A DNA stretch of 64,000 nt, from contig CAXXNF010000002.1 of NCBI GenBank assembly GCA_963666365.2, positions 992,001 through 1,056,000 on the forward strand, written 5' to 3'. The position numbers and the translations under genes were made by a program. The notes beneath the pieces were generated by a model that searched no databases, was not told the DNA's origin, and saw only the letters and a program-made list of their open reading frames with translations. Every line of letters starts with the position of its first letter. The first letter of the stretch is position 1. The DNA comes from Syntrophales bacterium. GTDB taxonomy: Bacteria > Desulfobacterota > Syntrophia > Syntrophales > UBA2210. Positions 41,427 through 50,456 of the stretch are shown here, piece after piece.

Positions 41427-41975
41427 ATGGAAGAGCTTTCCATGCATATACTCGACATTGTGGAAAACTCAACCCGCGCAGGCGCGCAGCTCGTGCGAAT
41501 TGCAATAAGGGAAAGCAAAATTGAAGATCGCTTGACAATCACAATCGAGGATGACGGCGCCGGCATGAGCGCGGAAATGTGCACACGGGTGCTTGATCCC
41601 TTTTTTACGACAAAAACGGTGCGACGAGTGGGGTTGGGACTTCCCCTTATCGCACAGGCGGCAAGGGCCGCGGAAGGCGATTTTGCTGTCGAATCGCAAG
41701 AGGGGAAGGGAACCAGGATTACCGCCCTGTTTCGCCTGAGCCATATCGACAGACAGCCCCTCGGCCGGATGGCGGAAACCGTTGTTGCGATGATCGTCGG
41801 CAATCCCTCGGTCGATTTTTGCTATTCTCACGAGTCCGATCAGGGTAATTATTCTCTCGACACGCGGGAGATCAGGAAGGTTATGGGTGATGTTCCCCTG
41901 CACCACAATGAAGTGCTGACGTTTATTAAAAACAGCGTAAATGAAGGATTAACTGAGATTGGTGCGGAACCATAG
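41427..41975 (+). CDS. HATPase_c ATP-binding protein (kinase catalytic domain only)
   Basis: ELSMHILDIVENS, DDGAGM, DPFFTTK, GLGLP. Confidence 0.85.
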   Translation: MEELSMHILDIVENSTRAGAQLVRIAIRESKIEDRLTITIEDDGAGMSAEMCTRVLDPFFTTKTVRRVGLGLPLIAQAARAAEGDFAVESQEGKGTRITALFRLSHIDRQPLGRMAETVVAMIVGNPSVDFCYSHESDQGNYSLDTREIRKVMGDVPLHHNEVLTFIKNSVNEGLTEIGAEP

Positions 41976-42027
41976 CGTTGTTTGCTTATAGTTATAAATG
42001 ATATGAGGCAGGAGGAGGAACTGTTTT

Positions 42028-42522
42028 ATGAAGTCTGACAATGACATGCTTTTGGAAGAGTTCATGCCGGAGCAAATCCAGCAGCTGGATGAAATCATCG
42101 ATGCCTATCGGGGCAAGCCGGGGGGACTGATTCCCGTTCTTGAAAAAGCGCAGGAGCTTTTGGGATTTTTACCCGTGTCTATCCAGCAGCGAATAGGAGA
42201 CGGATTGAATATTCCGCTCAGTCAGGTATACGGCGTGGTCACATTCTACTCGTTTTTTACGATGCAGCCACGAGGGAAACACACCGTGCGCGTGTGCCTC
42301 GGAACGGCCTGTTATGTGCGCGGAGGAAAGAAAATTGCTGAAAACATCGAAAAGCTGTTCGGAATAAAAGAAGGCGAAACAACTCCGGATCGCATGTTCA
42401 CTTACGAAACAGTTCGCTGTCTCGGCGCCTGTGGATTAGGCCCTGTGGTTGTAGTAGACGACGATGTCCACGGACGGGTAAAACCGGACAAGCTTAAATC
42501 AATCCTTGATCAATATAATTAA
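42028..42522 (+). CDS. NuoE/HydC/HndA-like [2Fe-2S] subunit
   Basis: CLGTACYVRG...CLGACGLGP. Confidence 0.92.
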   Translation: MKSDNDMLLEEFMPEQIQQLDEIIDAYRGKPGGLIPVLEKAQELLGFLPVSIQQRIGDGLNIPLSQVYGVVTFYSFFTMQPRGKHTVRVCLGTACYVRGGKKIAENIEKLFGIKEGETTPDRMFTYETVRCLGACGLGPVVVVDDDVHGRVKPDKLKSILDQYN

Positions 42523-42532
42523 GGGGTGAATC

Positions 42533-42916
42533 ATGGCAAAATTGAAAATTGAAGATTTGAAAAAGATCAAAGAGAGGATTCATCAGGAAAACGCCCTCAG
42601 GGAAGGTGACAGGAGAGTGCGCGTAACCGTCCATATGGGTACCTGCGGCATCGCCGCCGGCGCCCGAGAGGTGATGAATTCGCTCATGAATGAAATTGAA
42701 GAAGCTGGGGTTTCCGATGTTGCAGTCACCACTTCCGGCTGCATGGGCCTTTGCAGCAGAGAGCCTGAAATTACTGTGGAAATTCTCGGAACGGACCCTA
42801 TCGTGTATGAGTATGTCAATCCGAATAAGATGCGCCAGATCTTTAAACGCCACATTTTGGAAGGCGAAATTCAGACGCCCTTTGTATTGGCACGAGGGAA
42901 AGAGCAGCAGGACTGA
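42533..42916 (+). CDS. Thioredoxin-like [2Fe-2S] ferredoxin (HndB/HydD-like)
   Basis: HMGTCGIAAGA...GCMGLCSREP. Confidence 0.88.
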   Translation: MAKLKIEDLKKIKERIHQENALREGDRRVRVTVHMGTCGIAAGAREVMNSLMNEIEEAGVSDVAVTTSGCMGLCSREPEITVEILGTDPIVYEYVNPNKMRQIFKRHILEGEIQTPFVLARGKEQQD

Positions 42917-42966
42917 GGAATGAGCTGCGAAGCAATTAACATACTACAGGAGGAGGTTCATATCCG

Positions 42967-45900
42967 ATGAAGGTTTTTCGGTCTCATATACTTATCTGCG
43001 GCGGCACCGGCTGCCATGCCACAGGGAGCCTTGCGGTTAAACAGGCCCTGACGGCGGAATTGGCGACGCAGGGCCTTTCAGACGAAATTAAAATTATTGA
43101 AACGGGATGTAACGGTTTTTGCGCCATGGGCCCGGTCATGGTCGTATACCCCGACGGCATCATGTATGTGGAAGTGAAAACGGAAGACATCCCGGAACTG
43201 GTGGAAGAACATTTTCTTAAGGGAAGACCTTTAGAGAGGCTCTTCTACAAAGAGCCGACCACCGAGGAGCGAATCCCCGAAATGAGCGAAATTCCCTTCT
43301 TTGCCCATCAGAAACTTCGTGTCCTCAGAAATAAAGGCCTGATCGACCCGGAAGTGATTGACGAATACATCGCCCGCGACGGCTACGCGGGGATGGCTAA
43401 AGCCCTTACGGAAATGACGTCGGACGACATCGTGAAGGAACTGCTCGATTCCGGTCTCCGCGGCAGGGGCGGCGCGGGGTTCCCCACCGGCCTCAAATGG
43501 AAGTTTGCCTCTCAATCCAAAAGCGACATTAAATACGTGCTCTGCAACGCCGACGAGGGCGACCCCGGCGCGTTCATGGATCGAAGCGTGCTGGAAGCCG
43601 ACCCTCATGCCGTGCTCGAAGGCATGATCATTGCGGCTAAGGCGATCGGTTCCAGCAAAGGGTTCATCTATTGCCGCGCCGAATATCCTCTGGCCATTCG
43701 CCGACTCACCATCGCCATTGCGCAGGCGAAAGAGTACGGTCTTTTGGGAGAAAACATTCTGGACACAGGCTTTAATTTTGATATCGAGATTTATCAGGGT
43801 GCCGGCGCCTTCGTCTGCGGCGAAGAAACAGCCCTGATGACATCGATCGAAGGCAAGCGCGGCATGCCCCGTCCCCGTCCCCCCTTCCCCGCCGTGGCAG
43901 GTCTCTGGAAAAAACCCAGCATCTTGAACAACGTAGAGACATTAGCCAATGTAGGTCAGATTATCCACAAGGGAAGTGAATGGTTTGCCTCGGTAGGCAA
44001 TGACAAGAGCAAGGGAACGAAGGTCTTCGCCCTTACCGGCGACGTCAATAACGTGGGTCTCGTGGAAGTGCCCATGGGAACGCCGCTGGGAACGATCGTC
44101 TTTGACATCGGCGGCGGAATCCCCAGGGGGAAAAAGTACAAGGCGGCACAGCTGGGCGGTCCCTCGGGCGGCATGATCCCCATCCAGCACCTGAACGCAC
44201 CCGTTGATTTCGAAACGGTAGCCGAACTGGGCGCCATTATGGGATCGGGCGGCATGATCGTCATGAACGAGGATATGTGTCCCGTCGATATGGCCCGCTT
44301 TTTCATGGATTTCTGCCAGGATGAATCCTGCGGAAAATGCACCCCCTGCCGCGAAGGAACAAAGCGGATGCTCGAAATTCTGACCAATATCTGCGAGGGT
44401 AGAGGCAAGGAGGGCGACATCGAACTCCTGGAAGAAATGGCACAGGTCATCAAGGACTCCGCACTCTGCGGTCTCGGACAGACGGCGCCCAATCCCGTGC
44501 TGAGCACGATTCGCTACTTCAGGGATGAATACGAGGCGCATATCAGAGAGAAACACTGTCCCGCAGGCGTCTGCTCGGCCCTCTTCAAATCGCCCTGCCA
44601 GAACGCCTGTCCCATCGGCATGGACGTGCCCTCCTATCTCGCTCTGGTCCGGGCCGGCCGCTTTGACGACGCCTACAAGGTTCTTCTGAGAACCAATCCC
44701 TTCCCCGCCGCATGCGGCAGGGTCTGTGATCACCAATGTCAATCCAAGTGTCGTCGTTCAACACTCGATGAAGCACTTGCCATCAAGTTTGTCAAACGCT
44801 TCATTACGGACAACGCCGCAAAACCGAAGGTTGAAGCCGTTCCTGTCACCAGGAGCGAAAAGATCGCCGTTATCGGCGCCGGCCCCTCGGGACTCACGGC
44901 CGCAAAGGACCTTGCGCTTCGCGGCTATGGTGTAACGGTGTACGAAGAACTTCCCGAAGCCGGCGGCATGATGCGCTACGGAATTCCTTCCTACCGGCTT
45001 CCCCGCGAAATTCTCGCCGGTGAAGTGGAGGACATCAAGGCCCTTGGCGTCGAAATCATTTGCAATACCAGAGTGGGCCGCGATATTTCCTTCGGCACAA
45101 TCAATGAAGACTTCGACTATATTTACCTTGCCCCGGGTGCACACGAAAGTCAGCGGCTGGGCGTCGAGGGCGAAGAGGCCGCAGGCGTATACGGCGGCGT
45201 TGAATTCCTTCGCGACTTCAATATCAATGAAGATTCCTGGACAAAGGCTGAGAAATCTTTGGGTTCGAGGGTTGCCGTGATCGGCGGCGGAAACTCCGCA
45301 ATCGACGCAGCCCGCGTGGCCGTCCGTCTGGGCGCCGATGTCACGATCCTCTACCGGCGGACCCGCGAAGACATGCCGGCTGCCGAAGAAGAAATAGTGG
45401 CCGCTGAACATGAGGGCATCAAGATCGAATACTTTGTGGCCCCCACGAAGGTACTGAGCGAGGGCGGCAGGGTAACCGGCATTGCCTGTGAACGCATGCA
45501 GCCCGGCGATTTCGACCGCAGCGGTCGACGTCGGCCCGTGCCCGTCGAGGGATCGGAATTCACCCTAAGCGTGGATGCCGTCATCTCCGCGATAGGCCAG
45601 CAGCCCGATGTCGGTTTCGTTCCCGAAGACAGCGGCGTTTCCATCAACAAGTGGTCCTGTTTTGACCTGGCCGACGGGAAAAAGGCGGAGACGACCAATG
45701 CGAAATTCTACGCCGGTGGTGATGCCGTTACCGGACCCTGGACCGTGGTAGGCGCCATTCAGGCCGGACATGATGCCGCTGCCGAAATCGATGGCGCCAT
45801 TCGTGCGATAAGCGGCGAACCGGCCTGGGAAGCTCCGGCGGAACCGCACATTGAAATACCCTTTGAGATCGACGAAGAATCGGAAGAACAGCCCCAGGCG

Positions 45901-46023
45901 GCAATGCCGGAACTGGAAGCGGCCAAACGAAAGGTTAATTTCGTCGAAGTGGAGCTGGGGTTCTCCATTGAAACCGCAATCAAAGAGGCATCGCGATGTC
46001 TCAGGTGCGACGCCGAAATTTAA
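42967..46023 (+). CDS. NuoF/HydB-like FMN/NADH subunit fused to a GltD/NfnB-like FAD/NADPH module
   Basis: N-terminal CGGTGC..CNGFC; GRGGAGFPTG, NADEGDPGAFMDR, CGEETAL, CGKCTPCREG; then PCQNACP, CGRVCDHQCQSKC, GAGPSG, GGGNSAID, YRR. Confidence 0.9.
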   Translation: MKVFRSHILICGGTGCHATGSLAVKQALTAELATQGLSDEIKIIETGCNGFCAMGPVMVVYPDGIMYVEVKTEDIPELVEEHFLKGRPLERLFYKEPTTEERIPEMSEIPFFAHQKLRVLRNKGLIDPEVIDEYIARDGYAGMAKALTEMTSDDIVKELLDSGLRGRGGAGFPTGLKWKFASQSKSDIKYVLCNADEGDPGAFMDRSVLEADPHAVLEGMIIAAKAIGSSKGFIYCRAEYPLAIRRLTIAIAQAKEYGLLGENILDTGFNFDIEIYQGAGAFVCGEETALMTSIEGKRGMPRPRPPFPAVAGLWKKPSILNNVETLANVGQIIHKGSEWFASVGNDKSKGTKVFALTGDVNNVGLVEVPMGTPLGTIVFDIGGGIPRGKKYKAAQLGGPSGGMIPIQHLNAPVDFETVAELGAIMGSGGMIVMNEDMCPVDMARFFMDFCQDESCGKCTPCREGTKRMLEILTNICEGRGKEGDIELLEEMAQVIKDSALCGLGQTAPNPVLSTIRYFRDEYEAHIREKHCPAGVCSALFKSPCQNACPIGMDVPSYLALVRAGRFDDAYKVLLRTNPFPAACGRVCDHQCQSKCRRSTLDEALAIKFVKRFITDNAAKPKVEAVPVTRSEKIAVIGAGPSGLTAAKDLALRGYGVTVYEELPEAGGMMRYGIPSYRLPREILAGEVEDIKALGVEIICNTRVGRDISFGTINEDFDYIYLAPGAHESQRLGVEGEEAAGVYGGVEFLRDFNINEDSWTKAEKSLGSRVAVIGGGNSAIDAARVAVRLGADVTILYRRTREDMPAAEEEIVAAEHEGIKIEYFVAPTKVLSEGGRVTGIACERMQPGDFDRSGRRRPVPVEGSEFTLSVDAVISAIGQQPDVGFVPEDSGVSINKWSCFDLADGKKAETTNAKFYAGGDAVTGPWTVVGAIQAGHDAAAEIDGAIRAISGEPAWEAPAEPHIEIPFEIDEESEEQPQAAMPELEAAKRKVNFVEVELGFSIETAIKEASRCLRCDAEI

Positions 46024-46063
46024 CCCGATGATAGCGGCTCAATAGCATTGATCCAGATGAAAG

Positions 46064-46094
46064 AAGCCCCCTTCGATATCGAGGGGGGCTTTTT
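46064..46094 (+). terminator. Intrinsic terminator after the NuoF-GltD gene
   Basis: AAGCCCCCTTCG-ATAT-CGAGGGGGGCTT followed by Ts. Confidence 0.75.
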
Positions 46095-46107
46095 GGTAGC
46101 ACTTTAC

Positions 46108-46785
46108 ATGACCGGCACTATTGTTAATACAGGGACAGTACTTTTGGGAAGCGCCATAGGCCTATCGGTCGGACGCTATCTTCCCGAACGCATAAAAACA
46201 ACGGCAATGCAGGCCCTGGGCCTCTCGGTGCTTCTTATCGGCATGCAAATGGCCCTCTCAGGCAAGGAAGTTATCGCCGTTATTGCCTGTCTGCTTCTTG
46301 GGGCAATTGCGGGTGAAGCGTTGAGAATAGAACAGGGAATAGCTCAGTGCGGCGCCTGGTTGAAAGGGAAAACCGGGTCTCAGTCAGGAACCTTTGTGGA
46401 AGGATTCGTTACCGCATCGGTGCTGTATTGCACGGGCGCCATGATGATCGTCGGTGCCATACAGGACGGGACCACCGGCGATGCCGGTACGCTGTACATA
46501 AAATCTATTCTGGACGGCGTCGCATCTGTCGCCTTGGCGTCCACATTAGGAATTGGGGTGGCCTTCTCAGCACTCTCCGTTTTCATTACCCAGGGCGCCA
46601 TAACAGTTCTTGCTTCAAAACTGCTTTTTCTCCAGGACCCCCGGGTTCTCGCCATGATCACCGCCACAGGCGGACTCATGATCCTCGGGATCGGGACCAA
46701 CATCCTCGGCCTCACGAAAATAAGGATCGGCAACCTGATTCCGGGACTTATCTTCGCAATCCTCTGGGCTGTTTTGCATGGATAG
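46108..46785 (+). CDS. DUF554-family membrane protein
   Basis: GTIVNT, EGFVTASVLYCTGAM..GAIQDG, KSILDG. Confidence 0.88.
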   Translation: MTGTIVNTGTVLLGSAIGLSVGRYLPERIKTTAMQALGLSVLLIGMQMALSGKEVIAVIACLLLGAIAGEALRIEQGIAQCGAWLKGKTGSQSGTFVEGFVTASVLYCTGAMMIVGAIQDGTTGDAGTLYIKSILDGVASVALASTLGIGVAFSALSVFITQGAITVLASKLLFLQDPRVLAMITATGGLMILGIGTNILGLTKIRIGNLIPGLIFAILWAVLHG

Positions 46786-47340
46786 GCATTTTTCGGCAAT
46801 CTCTTCCGCCAGCGCTACAATATCGTCGCCAATGTCCCATGGCTGATCAACGGATGCCGCCTGAATAATATAAATTTCACCAAATCCGAGCCTTTTGAAC
46901 AGCCCTTCATATCGCTCATATATGTCAGCATGCCAGTCTTTAGACCCACCTTGTGTCTGAATGAAGACCAGTGTTTTCCCGGCGGGCACTCGAGAAGGTT
47001 CGGGGTTTGTTTCATAATCCGGCTTAAGGAATGAAAACAGCCTGGATTCAAAAATGAACAGGTTCCCCGTCACATCTCCCTCATAGACCCCCGTGGAAAG
47101 AACAAGAATATCGCATGCCATGAGAGAATCGAATATTGTGGTGATATCGTCCCGGATTATGCACTTGTCGGTCGAGGTTTTGCAGGACATGCATTTTTTG
47201 CACCCGCTGATATGCATGCCTCCAAGGGTGAAGCTCTCTATCTCCGCACCAAGCCGGCCGCCTTTTTCAAGAAATCGCTTGGCAATAGCAGCGCTTGAAC
47301 CATTTACCATGCTTCCGTACACATTGAGAATCTTCATCAT
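46615..47340 (-). CDS. Iron-sulfur flavoprotein / flavodoxin-family protein with a run-on C-terminus
   Basis: YGS..NGSS, GCKKCMSC...CIIRDD. The last ~57 codons are antisense to the DUF554 gene. Confidence 0.8.
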   Translation of the reverse strand: MMKILNVYGSMVNGSSAAIAKRFLEKGGRLGAEIESFTLGGMHISGCKKCMSCKTSTDKCIIRDDITTIFDSLMACDILVLSTGVYEGDVTGNLFIFESRLFSFLKPDYETNPEPSRVPAGKTLVFIQTQGGSKDWHADIYERYEGLFKRLGFGEIYIIQAASVDQPWDIGDDIVALAEEIAEKCLSMQNSPEDCEDKSRNQVADPYFREAEDVGPDPEDHESACGGDHGENPGVLEKKQF

Positions 47341-47383
47341 GCACACCTCATGGATTCAAAAAACGTATACCATATTATAGTTC

Positions 47384-48673
47384 TTATTCGCCAATAGACT
47401 CTTCATCGGGTTCTCCCTCCCATCCAATTCCAGTAATGTGATCGTGAATAGTCCCGTCAACCTCGACAAACTTGCCGTTTATCGGAAGCTTGGTGATGTT
47501 GGAATATTTCGTGATGGGCCGTATATAGTTAAGCCAGGATTCAACGGCATATTCTTTAAGGAATTGTATGACTTGCTCCCGGCACATCCCGAGGGCAAAA
47601 AGACCGAATGAGATATTGCGCTGCTTCGCATCATCTATAAATTGCGATATCCAACCGATTCTAGTCCGCCGTATCCGTTCAGGGAAGGGATCCAGGTGCT
47701 GCCGGTCAAGGCTGATCCGGACCTCAGCATTCTTGCCGGTGAGCACTGCCAGATACTCCTGATAAAGCGGTGAACCGATGAACGTCCCGTTGCTTTCCAA
47801 TACAACGTGAATCCCTTTTTGTAACGCAGGGTGAATAAAATCCTCAATCAGGTTTTCGGTGAGCGTCGGTTCCCCACCACGCAGAGAGATCATTTCATCT
47901 TTTTGTACCGTTTCGATATGCTTCCTGAACACGGCGGGATCCATGTCGTCACCGGTTTTTAAAACATAACAGGCGGGACAATTAAAATTACATTTGCCGT
48001 TCACCTGAATGATGTACTTCGCTTGATCATAGGGCATCCTGTCTGGTTTCTCTTTCGTATAGAGTACCGTCCGAACCGCGTGCTCGGGGGTGGGATACCA
48101 TGACGGTGAGTAAAAGATGCTGAGGGGATAATAATCGCATGATTCCATTATTGCGTCGATGTCCAACATCCGCGCAGAATATGTTTTCACTGTTTTCATG
48201 AACTCGTTCTTCAGCTCAGGAAAACATGACGAGCTTGCTCTGATTTGTTCGGACGATAATTCAGGGTTTGATATGACGATGTAAGTGGGCGATTGTGAGG
48301 CCACCTTGCGCAGTACGGCCAGAGGATCATCAACCCACAACAGGGACAAGATCAAATACACCAGGTCAAATGACCGGTCTCCGAAATCAGCGGCTTCAAT
48401 GTTTCCCTCAAGAGTCTCGATCCGATCATCATGATACTCCTCAATAAACGCCCCGAGCATCTGACTATCCGGATCAACAATCAACGCCGTTTCAATACTT
48501 TTTGGAAAACAGATATTTTTTGAAACGCGCATGCCCGCCCCGACATCAAGTATATGCTGAACTGGCAGATCCTTAAGGAGTTCTTTTACATGCCAGAGAA
48601 GGCACATGTTGTCCCGACCGAACGTATCGTAAAACATGTCACGTAAGCTACTACGTGTTGCATCAATCACCAT
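47384..48673 (-). CDS. Class I SAM methyltransferase - radical SAM fusion protein
   Basis: N-terminal ILDVGAG and FDLVYL..L.WVDDP; C-terminal CNFNCPAC, GGEPTL, ESNG, ISLD. Confidence 0.78.
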   Translation of the reverse strand: MVIDATRSSLRDMFYDTFGRDNMCLLWHVKELLKDLPVQHILDVGAGMRVSKNICFPKSIETALIVDPDSQMLGAFIEEYHDDRIETLEGNIEAADFGDRSFDLVYLILSLLWVDDPLAVLRKVASQSPTYIVISNPELSSEQIRASSSCFPELKNEFMKTVKTYSARMLDIDAIMESCDYYPLSIFYSPSWYPTPEHAVRTVLYTKEKPDRMPYDQAKYIIQVNGKCNFNCPACYVLKTGDDMDPAVFRKHIETVQKDEMISLRGGEPTLTENLIEDFIHPALQKGIHVVLESNGTFIGSPLYQEYLAVLTGKNAEVRISLDRQHLDPFPERIRRTRIGWISQFIDDAKQRNISFGLFALGMCREQVIQFLKEYAVESWLNYIRPITKYSNITKLPINGKFVEVDGTIHDHITGIGWEGEPDEESIGE

Positions 48674-48792
48674 CACGATCTCCCCTTGAGATACAAGAAT
48701 TCTGCTTTGTAGTGCTCCCCCTGCTTAGGAAATTTCACTGCACAGCATATTTGAGGAAATCCAGACCCGGCACTGCCGGCGGCCATTGCCAT
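48673..48792 (-). CDS. Candidate 39-aa peptide MAMAAGSAGSGFPQICCAVKFPKQGEHYKAEFLYLKGRS
   Basis: Manually translated (below the ORF-track cutoff). G-rich SD-like run 5 nt upstream; its stop overlaps the next ATG (TGATG). Confidence 0.3.
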   Translation of the reverse strand: MAMAAGSAGSGFPQICCAVKFPKQGEHYKAEFLYLKGRS

Positions 48793-48818
48793 GGTTGCCC
48801 CCCCCTGGTTATACATTC

Positions 48819-50300
48819 TTACCTGATATATTGCCTGTCCCTAATCACGGCAACCATAATCAGGGCGCTCAATCCGATAATGCACAGCCACGCGAAGGCG
48901 TCCCCGATTAGCGAATAAATTGTAAAAACTGATTTCACCGGCATATCGACCAACATGATCCTCTCGTGCGACGTAGCATAATCCTGTTTGGCTATAACCC
49001 TCCCGCAATGGTCAGCCGCTATTGAAAGTCCTTCACCGGTGGGCTTGAGTATGGAATAACCGTTTTCAATACCCCGGAAAACGGCCATGCGCGAATGCAC
49101 GGGGGTGAGCGTTTCACCGTCGAATGCAGGGATCAGAAAAAGGCCGATACCGTGCCCCGCTGATCGTACATACCCGGGGTGATCAAAATCGAAACAGGTG
49201 ACCGAGGCAATTTTTCCAACCGGGGTATCCAATACGGGAATTATTTTATCACCTTTTTTAAAGAAAGGTTTTTCTATTATCGGCACCAGATAGCTTTTTA
49301 AATATTTCCATGCAATCTCCCCAGCAGGATCAATAAGTACTATAACATTTTCGCCTTTCTCTTTTTGCATGCTATCCAATAGACCGACGTCCATGAGTAA
49401 ATAGATCTTTTTATCGGCGGCAATTCTTTGCCCACTTTTGACAAATGTGTCCATGTCTTCGGTGGAGATCAAATCACCGTATTCCTTCCAGGCGATGATC
49501 TGTGCGCCGGCATCCGCTGCCTTCACAGTCTGCGATTCCAGTATCATCACTGATTTTTGCAAATGAAACGGCGATATTCCCGAAAACGCTCCCATGATTC
49601 TTGCGACGATATCCGAAGGTGTTGTCACTGCCGCCACACGGACAGATGTTTCCGAGGGTTTGATCACGATCAGCCGCGCACCGCCATAGAGTATGACGAC
49701 CGCGAACACGCACAAATAAATTCCTGCGGTCTTCCCGATTTTTTTCCAGGCGAAGCCATTTTCCCAGCAGTAGTTGATGGTCGATGCGAACCAGGCTATC
49801 AAAAAGACAATCCCCCAGATGCCCGTTATGGATACAATCTGTATCAGGGGCAGATTCCCGAATTGTGAATAGGCGAGGGAGCCATAGGTTCCACTACCGG
49901 GACGAAACGACATGACATATTCCATGACCGTTACCGCTATCGGAAATATCAATGTCGACAGAAAACCGGGCAGGCGTCGGGCAATCAGCCTGTCGGCAAG
50001 GTACGGTATGGCCACGAATAAGGCCGGTATGAGATTAAACAAGACCCACATCGACAATGGCAGCGGAAACAGCCCGTACCAAATTATTGATGACGATATG
50101 GTTATCACCACGACGGTGAACAGATAACCGACCAGCGGCTTTTGACATCGGACGAAGCGAAGGAGCAGAGGCAGAGCGAGCCAGGGGGCACCGGCATAAG
50201 CCCACCGGCCACCTGAAAATATCAGAAAAACAAGAGAAAGAATCAGCCAGAGGTACGACCAGCCGCCTGCCGCGAAGCGAGACTTTGATTGTTGTTCCAT
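48819..50300 (-). CDS. Membrane-anchored nitrilase-family protein (apolipoprotein N-acyltransferase-like)
   Basis: Multiple TM helices, SLAYSQ, triad WKE / YLKSYLVP / TCFD, FRGIENG. Confidence 0.82.
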   Translation of the reverse strand: MEQQSKSRFAAGGWSYLWLILSLVFLIFSGGRWAYAGAPWLALPLLLRFVRCQKPLVGYLFTVVVITISSSIIWYGLFPLPLSMWVLFNLIPALFVAIPYLADRLIARRLPGFLSTLIFPIAVTVMEYVMSFRPGSGTYGSLAYSQFGNLPLIQIVSITGIWGIVFLIAWFASTINYCWENGFAWKKIGKTAGIYLCVFAVVILYGGARLIVIKPSETSVRVAAVTTPSDIVARIMGAFSGISPFHLQKSVMILESQTVKAADAGAQIIAWKEYGDLISTEDMDTFVKSGQRIAADKKIYLLMDVGLLDSMQKEKGENVIVLIDPAGEIAWKYLKSYLVPIIEKPFFKKGDKIIPVLDTPVGKIASVTCFDFDHPGYVRSAGHGIGLFLIPAFDGETLTPVHSRMAVFRGIENGYSILKPTGEGLSIAADHCGRVIAKQDYATSHERIMLVDMPVKSVFTIYSLIGDAFAWLCIIGLSALIMVAVIRDRQYIR

Positions 50301-50456
50301 AACTCAAATCTCCTTTCTCGTGACAAATTGTATCGCTCTTGTGCCGTATTGTACCCGATAGGGAGGTTAATGCTTGCCAGCCAATGCTCTTTTTGTTTCA
50401 AATCTTGCTATTCTGTTACGGGAGGGGGTGGTTCCGGAACGGAAAGAGACAGGGAT

